From positions 62,001 through 126,000 of the forward strand of contig JAHLTZ010000043.1 of assembly GCA_025786725.1 (NCBI GenBank): 64,000 bases of DNA. The letters run 5' to 3'. Position 1 is the stretch's first letter; every line of letters begins with the position of its first letter. Both the position numbers and the translations under genes were made by a program. This document shows, in pieces, positions 1 through 14,037 of the stretch. The notes under the pieces were generated by a model. It was not told the DNA's origin. It saw only the letters and a program-made list of their open reading frames with translations, and made no database searches. The DNA comes from Syncephalis fuscata S228 (Eukaryota > Fungi > Zoopagomycota).

Positions 1-1298
1 TATAAGCGCTAGACACACATTGTCTTGGTTATTGTAAATCGAGTTCATCATTGTAATAGTTTTAAGTAGCATGTTGGCCGAATTTTTATCTAGACTAGGG
101 CTGGGATAGCTTGGCGTGTCGTTTAAATTATCAGGTAGTGGTGTGCCATCTAATGGAACGTAGCGGTACGTGGTACGTGCTTCTTTTATCAATTTGGCTA
201 TATTGTCAGGTGTTTGCCCGGCAATGGGTCAAATATGGCCCTAAAAATATTTTCTAAGGCTTTATAGGCTCCTGGTCGCAACTTATCCTCGAAAGGAGGG
301 GGCGTTCCTGTAATGGATGTGTACATCTTTTCAACAAACTTGACGTTTTCCGTGCGACATAGCATAGATGCAAACAGTGGGTTAAGCTTATCGAGAGGTG
401 TAAGGTTATTTGTTTCCAAAATGCTCTTCTTTTCATCGACTATCAGACGCGTCAGATCATAGTCGACTACGGTAGCTTTGATTGTTTTTGACCCGCCAAT
501 CTGTTCAACAAGAATATCTATACACATCGTTAGCTTATTAAACGTATCTAATTTATAAGCTTACTATCGTGAATAATGTCATTGTGCACAAGATTAGCAT
601 AGCGCAAATACATAAGGCCTATTAATTGTTAGCAAAGCGTATATAATAGATAGCAATGCATACTAACCTTGTATACTTTGCATCATTATTTGAGGTAAGA
701 AGATGGCTTTGTCCTCCCAGGATTTCTTTTGAAGGAACACATCCGATCCAACACCATTGGCAAGCGTGTAAATAAAGCAGAGTGTATTGTGCGGTTCAAT
801 AGTTTTTGGGACCTTAAAACTATACAAAGGATGCTGAATATAAGGCGCATAGACTTTTGCAGCATCTTTAAGCAAAGAATCTGCTTTTTCTAGTACCTAA
901 AAATATTCATTAATTAGCACTTTACAATAATAACTACACAAATCACTACCTTAAAAGTTTTAGCTTCGTATATAAAATTTGCAGCTTCTGCCATGCACTT
1001 GAGAAATCCTGGCTGTCCATTCCACTCCACTTTTGCCACATTTATCGATATGTTGCCACCAACCCAATCAAGCTTCGTTATTTTTTGTGTCTTCATGTTG
1101 TTGGCATCACTTAAATATTTGTAGCCTGGCCATTGGGATTAACCTTGGTTTCTAGTTCATAGGTCAGTTACCATTAATTATTACATTTATTTTATACTTA
1201 CCGTCGAGCTCTGTGCCAATAGCATCAGTTTCTGCCGTCTTGAAAGTGGCAGCTATAACGCAAGCAGCGACGATAGAAAATAAGCAGAGTCTGGCCAT
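1..1298 (-). CDS. Secreted divergent protein-kinase-like protein (multi-exon; 3' end runs off the window)
   Basis: ATG at 1298 gives a signal peptide (MARLCLFSIVAACVIAATFKTAETDA). Spliced exons contain kinase-like motifs GFLKC, LCFIYT (hinge), LVHNDI..NILV and VVDYD. Continuity needs 1-nt insertions in homopolymers near 1136 and 213, after which the frame stays open to base 1. Confidence 0.6.
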
Positions 1299-1461
1299 AT
1301 TGTTGAGTGTCGTTTCAATCAATGTTGTCTATTTTAAAAGAGAAGAGAAAAGAGGGTAGAAAGATGTGATAAAGATGTAAGCTTGGAATAAGACTTATTA
1401 CCGCCATATTTATACTGGAATAAAAAGATAAATTTGAAAACACATTAAGATAGTTACAAAT

Positions 1462-1579
1462 GCATTTGACAATCTAAAACATTTTTGCATGCCAGAAAGC
1501 ATATTTAGTAATGCAAATACGCATTTGACAATCTAAAACATTTTTGCATGTCAGAAAGCGCATTTAGTAATGCAAATAC
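1462..1579. repeat. Tandem direct repeat, 2 x 59 bp
   Basis: GCATTTGACAATCTAAAACATTTTTGCATG.CAGAAAGC..ATTTAGTAATGCAAATAC starts at 1462 and again at 1521; degenerate shorter copies follow. Confidence 0.85.
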
Positions 1580-2611
1580 GTATTCGGCAATTGTAAACGC
1601 GTTTGATAGCCATAAACGTATTGACGATACAGAAGCGTAATTATTTAATTAAAGACTACTATTTATAGTGCGTTAATTAAAATAAAATTTCTTTATTTTA
1701 AAAAAGTCATGCAATGGAATGCTGAAAGAAATTTTATTGTAAAAATACATGGCTAAATGATCCATTTGAGCCAAGTTAGCTTTTATAACAATTTTTATTC
1801 AATAGATAGTAACAAGTAACTGTTGGTTTGTAAATAACCACGTATTCTTGTTTTAACTTATTTTACTATAGCTCTATTTAAATATAATGTTCAGTATTGT
1901 AATAATGTTACAATTCTGATGATACAATCATATTGTTATGATAGTATAACTAATAAATAGACCATATAACTGAATAATTTGTTAAAATCATATTTTAACA
2001 GATAATGACTGTTTCTATTTTTTGTCTTATTTCTATTCAGTATCATACGAATGATTCAGTTATATAGTTAAAACTCTGGTGATTAATTACCAATAGAAAA
2101 TAGCTACTATTAAATCAATATCAACTAACCAACACATTGTATTTTGAGTGTTAATAAGCATCAGAAACTAACGTTATAGGATAACGCTAGGATAAAGTGC
2201 TGTTTGTTTATACAAATTGCAGCTTCTTTAATTAGAATTGTAACATTGTCTTAATGTGCTATTATTATAAATATATCTAATTGTAACAGCATTGCCGTAT
2301 CTGTTGGCTACAATACGTAGCTATAAAATTACGATATGCCATGGTAAAAAGACTATCTACTAGCCAAGTCTATTCAAATTAATCATATGACGCAATCGCT
2401 ACATTTTCACTGGTAAGATTGTATAATAAAAATAGTTTATAAACAAATGCAAACATAGTGCAAAAAAGAGCACATTGACATTCGATGTCGTCATCGTGGT
2501 ATAAACAAAAACCATCTCAAATTCTACAAACTCTTCATCTCAATGTGATTGCGGCCATAATGTCCGTCCAGGTGCAAAAAATAATTGTATTATAAATCTA
2601 GGCTGAATCCG

Positions 2612-3094
2612 CTATTCCATCGTAATGACTGCGCTAGTGCTGGCTTCAAAGTTCATCAGATTGAACTGGCCGTCCCTATTGCTCAGACCAAGCACTAGAC
2701 CATCTTCTTTAAATGCTCGAATGGCCTCTTGAGCCTCGGCCGCATCGTCAAGTACGTCCATCCAATCGTTTGTGGCATCGTTCGCGGCATCAGTGGCTAT
2801 TGCAGAAGACTGTGTGGATGACGTCAATGGGTGATTGCCATTGTGATGGCGACGTATTTCATAGTCTGGTGACAATTCGGATGCGGTGGTAACCGACGAT
2901 TGGTAAGGTGTGATGGAGGCTGACAGCCAGCCAGTCTGGTGCCTTGGTGTAGTCGAAAAAGCGGCGGCCAATGCGTTGGTTGACCTTGGCCAAGACGTGC
3001 GTGTGGCCAGGCCAGTTGCCCTTGGCAGTCGTAGTGCTTGTTGCATGAAGGCAGCACTGGCCGGTGACGAGAGAATACGTAAGCGGGACAACAT
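2612..3094 (-). CDS. Hypothetical protein with a mitochondrial-presequence-like N-terminus
   Basis: GC-richer 160-aa ORF with an Arg/Ser/Ala-rich, acid-free N-terminus (MLSRLRILSSPASAAF...AFSTTPRH) and an acidic C-terminus; no family recognised. Confidence 0.5.
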   Translation of the reverse strand: MLSRLRILSSPASAAFMQQALRLPRATGLATRTSWPRSTNALAAAFSTTPRHQTGWLSASITPYQSSVTTASELSPDYEIRRHHNGNHPLTSSTQSSAIATDAANDATNDWMDVLDDAAEAQEAIRAFKEDGLVLGLSNRDGQFNLMNFEASTSAVITME

Positions 3095-4635
3095 GGCGAT
3101 AATCCAGTAGATGTAGTCGATACACAGAACAAGCAGAAAAAGATAAAATTAATAAACCGTTAGATAGCAATAATTGGGATAAAAAAGTATCAACAATAGC
3201 GTATGTAAATATAGGCAAGTGTGGTAACAGACAATCAGCAATAGATCTGATAATATAACTTGATAGCACTGTTTGATTCGGTTAAGCTTTGCGCTAACAA
3301 GTATATATATATATAAGACCGCTAGAAGTATTGAGTCGCCCTGGTAGATGGTTGTTATGGTTTAATTACAAATCAGCAAGGTTGGAGACGGAGCAGTTAA
3401 CGAAAAACGTATCGTTGGTAACAACCACTAGACGGTCTTTTTATACGGGTGGATATGGGAAAGGAAGGCAGGAAACATAAGGATGGATGGACGGATGGTG
3501 AGCGAGACTTACGAAACATGTGGAAGCCGGAACGACTATGCAACTAAATCCAGCAGGTTAAACAAAACCATGGGTGCAAATAGTAATAGTAATGATGATT
3601 TCATGTGTTTCGGATTGTTTAAATACCGAGTTATAGTTACAATGGCCGATTAAAGGCGCTGTTATTATGCCAGCTTGGAGGGAAAAGTGGTTTTATTTCG
3701 CTATATAGTGTGTGTAGTAAATAGAAGATTGTGTATGTGCGCATACAAAACAACAGCAGCGAAGACGACAAAACGACGGGAATAGCGAGATGGCGTGAGT
3801 AGCAATGGCAAACTAAGGGTGGTACATATTGGTGAACGAGCAAGCCAGTTTTCTCGTGTAGCCATGACGCCTTAACAAGAAGGTAAGGCTGTCATTAGCG
3901 TCTGTGGTAATAGTAAGAAATGGTGAGCTTGTACACTAGTTGCTGCAGCTGCAGCTACAATGGCTACAGCGACAACAGTGACAACGAAGACTATGCGTGC
4001 TACCTTGCTTGCAGAGCAGCGTCTCTGTTATCCTATAACGAATAGCAATGCGCCTTTACGTGCAGTCTGGGGATGCGTGTAACATCATCTGTTCTCTTGC
4101 ATGACTGATAGCTTAATGCGCAACAAGCGACTTGACTTTTATCAAAAAAGCGATTGAATTTCTGTTTTACTTTTATAGTGTGTAAATTGATAATTCATAA
4201 TACATTTGTACCAGTAATTAACAAATTAAATACTTGTTATTATCAATGCTCAATTATTATAATAACGATGATACATTGTTTATAAACTACTGGCTATTAT
4301 GTTACTTTTGATTAACAAGTTTGATATTATCTACAATATGAGATGTTGCTTGTTTGTTTACATTGCGAATAAAGAACATTACTAATTTACACAGCTATGT
4401 AAAGCCTTTGTCCCATTGGATTAACATGACACGAATAAACAAGATTATAGCCAATAATATACTGCAGATGGCTGCAGACAAAGAGTACGTCAATATATTT
4501 TGGATTTTATAACAACTAAACACAGATCGACGAAAGGTAAGCACATAGATGAGCATAAAGCAGTGGTGCAATTAAACGAGTAATAGGGCCTCAAGAGGTA
4601 GCTTTGGTGCACATAGGCACACGCACACACATACT

Positions 4636-5313
4636 TTACATGAACATCGATGCAATCGAAGTAACAATCAAAGCAGTGGCTGAAAGTGCACCAGCACCGA
4701 TGCCAGTAATGGCCATTGAGGCGGCACCGCTTGTTGTTCCTGCCTTGGAGTTATTTAAACCATCTTTGACACTAGATGCTTGAACGAGCTGAATGTTGGC
4801 ACAACCAATACGGGTGCTATTAGGTGCATGGATTACGACCGATCGGTTAACGATGCTGTTCTCACCGGTCATGGTGAGTGTTGGGTCCTCGAAGATAAAG
4901 GGAATGACGGCACGGGCTCCATTATCGCGCACCTCGATTTTGCCAAACTTGCCGCTAAGATCGCCCATTTCACAATGGTCAAGTGTGGTCGAGGTGCAGG
5001 CAGTACCGTTGCGGTTCTGTGGGTCCAAATGGCCGCCAGTAGCTGTGCAGTTACCATCGGCAGGAACAGGGAACTTATGGATATGGTAACTATAGTTGCC
5101 ATTATCAGTAAAGCCAGAGTCAATTAAGCCGCTTAGCACGATGGAGTTGTTTCGTGTCTCAAAGCTAAAACTAGCATGGACCGTTGGACCATTTATGACT
5201 GCCTCGGCCTTTTCGGCGCTGACCAAATCAAGGGGCTGGACGGCCAGGGTGGCGATTAAGCCTACACACACAGCAGCGGTAAAACGGGTGTAACGGGATG
5301 TTGAAGCAACCAT
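4636..5313 (-). CDS. Secreted/GPI-anchored Cu-only superoxide dismutase (Sod5-like, Cu/Zn SOD family)
   Basis: Signal peptide; YHIH, CTATGGHLDP, CEMGDLSGKFG and RSVVIH..RIGCANI motifs; hydrophobic C-terminal GPI-like tail; intronless. Confidence 0.88.
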   Translation of the reverse strand: MVASTSRYTRFTAAVCVGLIATLAVQPLDLVSAEKAEAVINGPTVHASFSFETRNNSIVLSGLIDSGFTDNGNYSYHIHKFPVPADGNCTATGGHLDPQNRNGTACTSTTLDHCEMGDLSGKFGKIEVRDNGARAVIPFIFEDPTLTMTGENSIVNRSVVIHAPNSTRIGCANIQLVQASSVKDGLNNSKAGTTSGAASMAITGIGAGALSATALIVTSIASMFM

Positions 5314-6284
5314 GGTGGTGTATTTGTATGTATGCGTGTTTAGCGTAATAATATCAATAATAAACGTAGAAAGTGTATTGGTGTGTTAGCGTGTTGTAAA
5401 TGCGAGATAGTAGAGTAAAAGTTGTAATAGAATGAAGAAATAACGACTCAGAACCGGCCTAGTGGTGTATTCCGTAAAGATCAATCAATGTAGAGAGCTA
5501 TCGGTAGTCAACTACCAAAGTAAGAAGCAAGAAAGCGTGTATGTTATGGAAGCGATGAAATGTTGCTAGTGTTAGCAAATAATAATTGTACTATCAAGTT
5601 AAGGAAATGCGCCAATGAAGAATAAACATATTATCTTGAACACAGACCGTTCTTATACTTTTGAGCAGTATACTGCTCCAACCGTAAAATCGATGCAACA
5701 AGTTTAAATTGCCTTTTTGAGCGCCGCAATAAGGAGAGTGAATAGCAGTCATAAAGGTAGGAAAATGGATAAAATATGAACGGAAAAGGGAACTGATACA
5801 TGTTGTCCGTTTCAGTATCGGGAATAAGCAGCAATGTTCTATTAGCACTGACGGGATTAAATGTTTAAACTCAGTATTCTATTTTTACAACATTAATTGT
5901 GAGCAATTTATAAATCAAACACCGAACATTAAATATCCATAAACAGTAACACGGCTGGGTTGGGTGGTTAAATTGTATTGAGCAATTAACATTTTATTAT
6001 GTACTCCGACGTACAGCTACTGCCATTGTTCTACCTAGTACAATCATGCTGAGCTATAGTTTATTCCAAAAAGCATCAAGGAGTATTTTAGAAACACCAT
6101 GTGGAAAATGTAGTTTTATCCAACCAAGACCATGAGGTAAGACAATCTGTTATTAGCGTGCATACTGTCTAATCCCGATACTGGTATACTAAACAAAAGA
6201 CTCTAACGGGTAGGGGGGAAAATGAAGATAGTAAAAACAATGTTTTAGGCATAGAAACATTTCAATCGTATTTCCTCTTTTCTA

Positions 6285-6318
<34 letters not shown>
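6285..6318. repeat. Compound microsatellite (TC)8(AC)9
   Basis: Read directly; abuts the stop codon of the DnaJ gene. Confidence 0.9.
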
Positions 6319-8743
6319 TTATAAGCGTGTGCCTTTCTTCTTTCGGCTACCACTGCTATTTTTAACACTGAGCGGAACAGCGTGACCAGTCGCTGCTATA
6401 TGTTTGAACATAGCATTACGTGTTTCAAATTTGGCCCGGCAAACTACACAAGTAAACTGGCGGTATTAATCAATTAATCATCCATTTTGATTAATCGTCA
6501 TAAATTAGTCGATAACTTGAATGGCTATAACAAGTATAAGACTTACCTGATCTGTACTATTACTGTTAATGGCCGCTGCTGCTCCTGCCATTTTACGTCC
6601 CGCCTTTTTCTTGTCGCGAGTTGTCGTTTGACTATTTTCACCGTCCGATTCAAGCGGACTTGTTGTTTCAGCGGTAATTAGCTCCACAGGCCGGCTGGGT
6701 TTAGCACGTCTGCGACCACGACCTGACTTGCGATCCCGTGCCCGTTGTCCAGACGATGTGGTCCATTCCGCTGTATCGCTATCCTCGTCAGCAGAACCTT
6801 CTTTAGGCTGATGAGTGGATTTATCATCGCTTGATTTGGCCGTAGATGATAGTGTGCTTTTAGCCAACAAATCAGCAAGCTCATCCGGATTCAGCGCCCC
6901 ATCTATAGGCAAATCAGCTTCGGTCAATATGACGTTGCGACCGGCACGCCGCTTGGCAGCTGCCTTTTTCTGAGCCTTTTTACTGCGTACACTAAATGTG
7001 GCTATTTCCTCTTGCTCTTCCCTGCCTTGTCCCTCCTCTTCGTCTGAAGTTGCCTTATCGGATGCCTGTGTCATGTTACCTAACATTGATGTGAGATATA
7101 AACGCTACCTTTTTCTTAACAATAAACTATCCAATTACCTTGGGCCTTGGCCTCACCTTCTATCTCTTCGGTCTCAGAATCAGTGGTAGCTGCATCCGAA
7201 CCAATAGACACTTCATTGTCTTCACTATCACTGTCGTCGTCTTCTTCTTCAACGCCATCCTCAGCTAATAGTTCTTTTCGTAATATCTCTACCATTTCTC
7301 GGTGCTTTTTGGTAGATTCATGATTTTTAAACTGTCGTTCATTTTTAAAACGCTTATTACAGGCTTGACACTCCCATTGTTCTTCTTCTTCCTCCCATAC
7401 ATCATCTAACTCATCGAGCACTGCGTCGTGCTCTTCGCTTTTGGCCCAGGCCGGCGCTTCATAATTCTCGAGACGTTGTAGCCGTTCCGCCTTTTCTGCC
7501 GCCAACCTTGCCTTTTGTGCTGCCTCGCGTTCTTTTCGCAGTACTTCTTGTTCTTGTAAAAATTGTTTATAACGTGGATCACGCCTCCGTACAAATGCCA
7601 CTAAATTCTATATATAGCGCACATACATATGTCATATAAATCATCAATTTTAAGTAAATAAAATTAAATATTTCGTTTCAACAACTTACACGAACTGCAT
7701 CGTTGTAAGCACGTCGGCCTACTTCACGGTTCTTTTTGTTTTCTTTTTCCATGTGGCGTTTCACAAACCGATTGGGTGCCTATTGTGTCGTGTATAAATA
7801 TACAATAAATGCTATATAAGCCATGATATACCAGTAATAGAACAATGGTACTTACATCAGATAGACGCCATTTATCAAGCCAGCGGAAGCTTTTACGCGT
7901 AGAAAAGTTGCTCCATTCATTATAAAACACTTTAATACTGCGCTCTGGCCTATTATCATCAATATACGCTGTAGTATTATTGCCAAAGCTACAGCTGGAC
8001 AACCAGTCCAATCTTGTAGCTGTTGTATCATCATCTTCAATGTCTGGATTATGTGCCTCGACTTCTTCAGTCGCCAATTGAGCAAATAATTCACGATAAA
8101 TTGTATAAAACGACTTAATTAATAATCAATATGAATAACAACAGTGTTGATTTAATATACATTTAATTGTTTAATTCATTCTACCTACCTTGCTACTATC
8201 ATCAAATCCAGTATAACAATCTGGACTAAAGTAACGCATTAATGACTCGGGTGTATGTCCTGATACCGTACTATATGATTGACCACCAACATCTCCTCCA
8301 TAATCACCATCTAGTCATATAATTAATACTGCTGTAGAATAAATTCATTGTATGGCAATTACCTTCCCGTAGTATTTCATCGCGATGTCCATCATACCAG
8401 GCTCGTTCATGTGGATCTGACAATACTTCATACGCATGTTGGATCAACGCAAATACCCGTGTAGCTTCATCGATATTATCATAGTTTTTATCTAATAAAC
8501 AGACGATGTATTAAATATTTAATAACTTTTGTTAATTAAATGGATTTGTTACTCTTTACCCGGATGCCATATCAGTGCTTGTTTTCGATACGCTTTCTTT
8601 AATTCGTTGTCAGTCGCTGTACGTTCAACACATAGCAATTCGTAGTAGCACGTCTTCATGGTATAGGTATCTGCTGTTTTCTTCTTATTATCTTCTCGTG
8701 CGCTGCTATTGTCTGCAAATGAACTAGACTGACTGGCTCCCAT
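6319..8743 (-). CDS. JJJ1: J-domain co-chaperone with C2H2 zinc fingers (Jjj1/DNAJC21), multi-exon
   Basis: [20 protein letters not shown]|DKN J domain; [17 protein letters not shown]; FVRRRDPRY; zinc fingers [23 protein letters not shown] and [23 protein letters not shown]; TAA at 6319-6321. Confidence 0.88.
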
Positions 8744-9131
8744 ACGCTAATAGCAACAGCAATAATAAAAAGATATAAATGCTAATAACAATGGCAATAG
8801 CAATGACAATATTAACCACGGTTATAAAGTATCCTTTCAATGCTATAAGCAAGCCACTTCCTATGCTTGAAAGCGTTTTTTTACTATGATTCACTATGAG
8901 AAGGAGAATTCGACCATGAGTCATAGTCAAAAATAAAATAAAAGACTATGAATTCAATGTTATATCTAATTTAGCTCTAATTTTAATACAATTAGATTAT
9001 ATCCAATCTACGTAGCTGGCCAGTAAACGTCGACCACGATATGTGCGTCAGTTATACACCGACAACAACAACGACGACACCATCTTTCATTTTACACTTT
9101 CATATTAGCTACAATCACTGGTTCATCCAAC

Positions 9132-12100
9132 ATGAGTTTTTATAAAAAAGACGAGGACACAGGTCAGTATATAGGCTTATATACGTATATACGTATAAGT
9201 GGAAAAGACTAACAGTGTCATCTAACGATGTCGCGAATAGAAGAAGCGGTCTTTAGTCATATCGACAAGACTGGCGTGATTCAAGAAGCGCGTATATTCA
9301 ACGCTTCACCTGTCAAGGCTCGACAATGCCGTATTATCTTGGCCAAAATGATCTATATTCTTTACCAAGGCGATACATTTGCTACCAATGAGGCCACCGA
9401 ACTATTCTTTGGTATTACTAAACTGTTTCAATCTAAAGATGTAAGTATTGACACGACTATTACACAGTATATCATTAATGACTGGCCTATTACGCGTCTA
9501 CAATAAACAGCCATCCCTTCGTCAAATTGTCTATTTAGCCATCAAGGAACTGTCTACTATAGCCGAAGATGTAATCATTATTACGAGTAGTTTAATGAAG
9601 GATATGCAGCCCAAAAGTGAAATCACTTATCGGGCAAATGCCATTCGTGCACTGTGCCGTATTACCGATGTAAGCTAGACGAGACAATATAACAATTTAT
9701 TGACGGTGTTTTACGATATTAAATTTATGTATTTAGGCCTCCATGCTACAAAGCATTGAACGATTTATTAAAGCGGCCATTATTGATCGATCCCACCAAG
9801 TGTCAAGTGCTTCATTGGTATCGGCCTATCATATGTTTCGTAATGCAGCTGGTGCACGTGATGTCATTAAGCGCTGGTCGAACGAGGTTCAAGAAGCACT
9901 TCAGGCCAAGTCGGGTGGTGGTCTTTCCTCGTATCTAACTTCAAGCAGTCAACAAGTGAATGCAGGCACGAGCAATGTTGTGCAGTATCACGCTCTTGGT
10001 CTTCTCTACCAGCTACGACAACACGATCGTATGGCGGTGACCAAGCTTGTACAGAGTCTAGGCTCACGGGCTGGTGGTGGTATAATGGGCGGTGGACCAG
10101 TATTAAAGAGCTCGCTAGCAACATGCATGCTTATTCGCTGTGCTTGCCGTGTTATGGAAGAAGATCCAAGGTAACGCTAAGCTGAAACGAGCATTGATTT
10201 ATAATTTATGGTATAACTTACTATTTAATATATTAGCGCACGTCAGGAGCTATATGAATTGCTAGAAAGCTATCTACGCCACAAGAGTGATTTAGTTAAC
10301 TTTGAAGCAGCCAAGGCCATTTGTAATTTACCAAATGTGTCAAGTCGTGAAGTTTATCCTGCCATTTCAGGTAAGCAAATCATGATACAATTAGCTATAC
10401 GATACATATACTTATAAGTGGATAGTTTTGCAGCTGTTGCTATCATCTCCCAAGGCTACACTGCGATTTGCATCGATCCGAGCATTGAACACACTGGCTC
10501 AACGCAACCCAACAGCAGTTGCCCAGTGCAACATTGATATGGAAAGTCTTATCACAGATAGTAATCGTTCAATTGCCACATTTGCTATCACTACACTGCT
10601 TAAGACGGGCAATGAAGCCTCGGTCGATCGTTTAATGAAGCAGATTCAAAGCTTTATGACGGAAATTACCGATGAGTTCCGCTGCATTGTCGTGTCGGCT
10701 GTGCGCAGTCTAGCCTTAAAGTTCCCTGCTAAGCAGCAAGTAATGCTTGCATTCTTAAGCGGTATCCTTCGAGATGAAGGTGGCTACGAGTACAAACGTA
10801 GCGTTGTAGAAGCTATATTTGATTTGTGCAAATACATTCCAGATGCCAAACCGACAGGTAAGCAAAATATTAATTAATTATTGTTCAACTAACTAATATT
10901 TATCATAATAATTATAATAGCACTTTCTCATTTATGTGAATTTATTGAGGATTGTGAATTCAGTAAATTAAGTGCACGGGTATTGCACTTTTTGGGTGCC
11001 GAAGGTCCACAAATGCCTAATCCCACAGTGTACATCCGCCATATCTATAATCGGGTTGTATTGGAGAATGCTATGGTACGTGCTGCTGCTGTCAGTGCAC
11101 TGGCGAAATTCGGTGTTAATTGCGAGGATGAACAAGTTAAGCAGAGTGTGCGTGTACTATTGACACGGTAAGTATGATGTAGATCAAATAAGCGTTTATT
11201 AAGCAATTGATTGTCCATATGCTTTAGCTGTCTTGACGATCGTGATGACGAAGTACGTGATCGTGCGACCATGTATGTTAAAATCATTGATGATCAAACA
11301 GCAGCTGATCACTATGTGCGCGAAGGTAAGTTAAATCTAAATAAATATAATAAATTAATTAAATGGCACTAGATACAACGTATTCTATGGCGGCTTTGGA
11401 ACGGTCATTGGTGGAGTACTGTAAACATTTGGAGACTGCGGCAGAACAGCCATTTGATACCAAGACTGTGCCACGTATTTCACGTGAACAAGAAGCGGCC
11501 GAGACACTACGTAAGTTGTCGTATTGCTACTAAGCTAATTAATGCTTACTATGAATTAGGTATTAAAATGGCCGAGCTGGATGAGTTGCCTACAGCGACG
11601 ACTTCATCAAGCAAAACTGCTGCTGCTGCTGCTGCCTCTAGCGGTGGTACACCAAATTTGGGAAGCAAGCCGCGTGCTGTTGATCAACAGCGTATTTATG
11701 CTGAAAAATTGGAACAAATACCTGAATTTGCTAGCTATGGTCCACTATTCCATAGTGCACGTCCAGTGGCACTTACCGAAAGCGAGACCGAATATGTTGT
11801 TTCATGCGTACGACACGTATTCTCCGAGCATATTGTATTCCAATTCGACTGCACCAATACTATCAACGATCAATTGCTGGAGAATGTTGCTATTCAAATG
11901 GAAGCATTAGAAATTAGCGATGAGGATGCACTGGAACCAACTGCACTAGTACCAGCTCCATCGCTTAAATTTGACGTACCAGGCGTGTCTTATGTTGCTT
12001 TCCGTCGTACCGACACAACAATCTATCCATCAGGTAAGCGAAGATAAATGGCGATAGAATGGTGATACTAATAGATCTTTTTTGTACACTTATCTAGCTA

Positions 12101-12692
12101 CCTTCTCGTGTACTCTCAAGTTTATTGTTAAAGATTGCGATCCAACTACAGGTGAACCAGATCCCGAAGGCTATGAGGATGAATACCAGGTGTGTATTAC
12201 TCGTGATTAAAGCATACGTATAATTAACAGTAGAACATTTTAGATTGAAGATATTGAATTAAACACAGCCACCTATGTCACACCAACATTTTTGGGCGAT
12301 TTTGACTCGGTATGGAAAAAGTTGGGCGAAAGCGACTACGAAGCAGTTGAAACGTTTGCTCTTACCGCTCTTAATAGCTTACAAGGTAAGATGAACGACT
12401 GAATAGGAATAGCAATAGCAATGGCTAATATGTTACATGTACTTGTTAATATTTATTAGCGGCCATTACATCTGTGGTTGAAGTATTGGGTCTGCATCCA
12501 TTGCCGGAAACAGTGACGCCTAGTTCAGCGGCTGTGCATACACTATTGCTGCAAGGTACCTTTGTAGGTGGCGCTAAAGTGGCCGCTCGTGTACGTATGA
12601 CCTATGCGGCAAGCAGCGGTGTTACAATGGAATTGGCCGTTCGAAGTGATCACGAAGACGTGCCACCAGTAATGATCAATGCAATTGCTTGA
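9132..12692 (+). CDS. SEC21: Coatomer subunit gamma (gamma-COP), multi-exon
   Basis: MSFYKKDED..; [11 protein letters not shown]; [13 protein letters not shown]; [32 protein letters not shown]; [10 protein letters not shown]; [23 protein letters not shown] introns link the ORF fragments. Confidence 0.95.
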
Positions 12693-14037
12693 GTTTAATA
12701 AATATGACTAATTTATTAGTCCATAAATCTTGATGCTTATCAATAGTTGTTGTCAACTTAACGGTATGAATGTATTTATTGGGATAACGGTATATAAATA
12801 TTACATCTTCATTTGTATTGCAATAAATAAATGGTCAAAGTAAATTAAATAAATTCTATGTCAAATACACTTGGCAATATACAAATAAATTTTATCATTA
12901 TTAATATTTAATTACTAGACAATAATACTCTACACAATAGAATAGCGATGTTGATTGCAATGTTAATATGGTCATTGAACAAGTTCACAACGCCAGTACA
13001 GATGGCTTGTTAATGTTTGGATTACATGAATTGTTGTAGTATACACTAAAATAATGTTTATGAAAAATAAGACTATTTAATAAAGTTTTGGCCATATATA
13101 TGGTGTGTGGACGAATAACTAATGAATAAATAATATTAATTGCGAAAGAAGAGAAAAAGAAAGGTGATAATGTAGATGGTCAGTTACACGATTGGTAAAT
13201 TGTTTGATGATTATGTAGGACAAAGTAATAAAAATATACATGTTAAATATGATTGCTTTTGTTTAATTACTCAAAGTTCTTTTTTACGATTATGGATGTG
13301 CGTTATTAGAAATAAAATATTTATTATTCAAAATTTAACAATAGAACGTATTTGTATGCAATTTTATGTGAGCAAAAAAGATAAACATAAGCGGATTGCC
13401 ATAATTGTAATAAAGCTTAGTTAAATAATACTGTTACTATTCTACTAAGTAGAATAATAAATAGATTACTAATATTATGCTTGATCTTGAATGATCTATA
13501 ATGTTAATAATTAGTGTTATCTAAGACTTGCTTAATTGTTTTTATAAATAAAGATTATCAACCTTTAATTAATAATTTCCACAAAAGTAGAATAAATGAC
13601 TAAAATAGTGTTAACTCAGATAAAAAGATCAGTTCAGTCTAGCAATCACTGCAAGACTGAAATGATCAAAAAGGTTCAAAATTCAAATAAAATAAAAAAG
13701 AATTTAAAACCAACATAAGATAATGTTTATTAAGATTAAAAAAATATGGTTGCCATTTTATAGCAAATGGTCTTGAATATTACGAAGGAAGAACTTGAAC
13801 GGCTTGTCTGTTCAATTTCTTCTTCAAGCAATATGAAACTAGTTTTATTTTAATAAGTAATATGGGGCCGTAAATTGAATGTATTTATAGACGCTGTGTT
13901 TCTTACCAAGAGTTAGAAACGATTGTAGTGTTGGAATCGCCGTGTCTTAACCGAAAGAATGGCCATCTTTTACTAGGACCCTGACTATTACCGGAAATGG
14001 AATAGTCACGTGATGCGGTTATTGCTAATTAAGTTTT

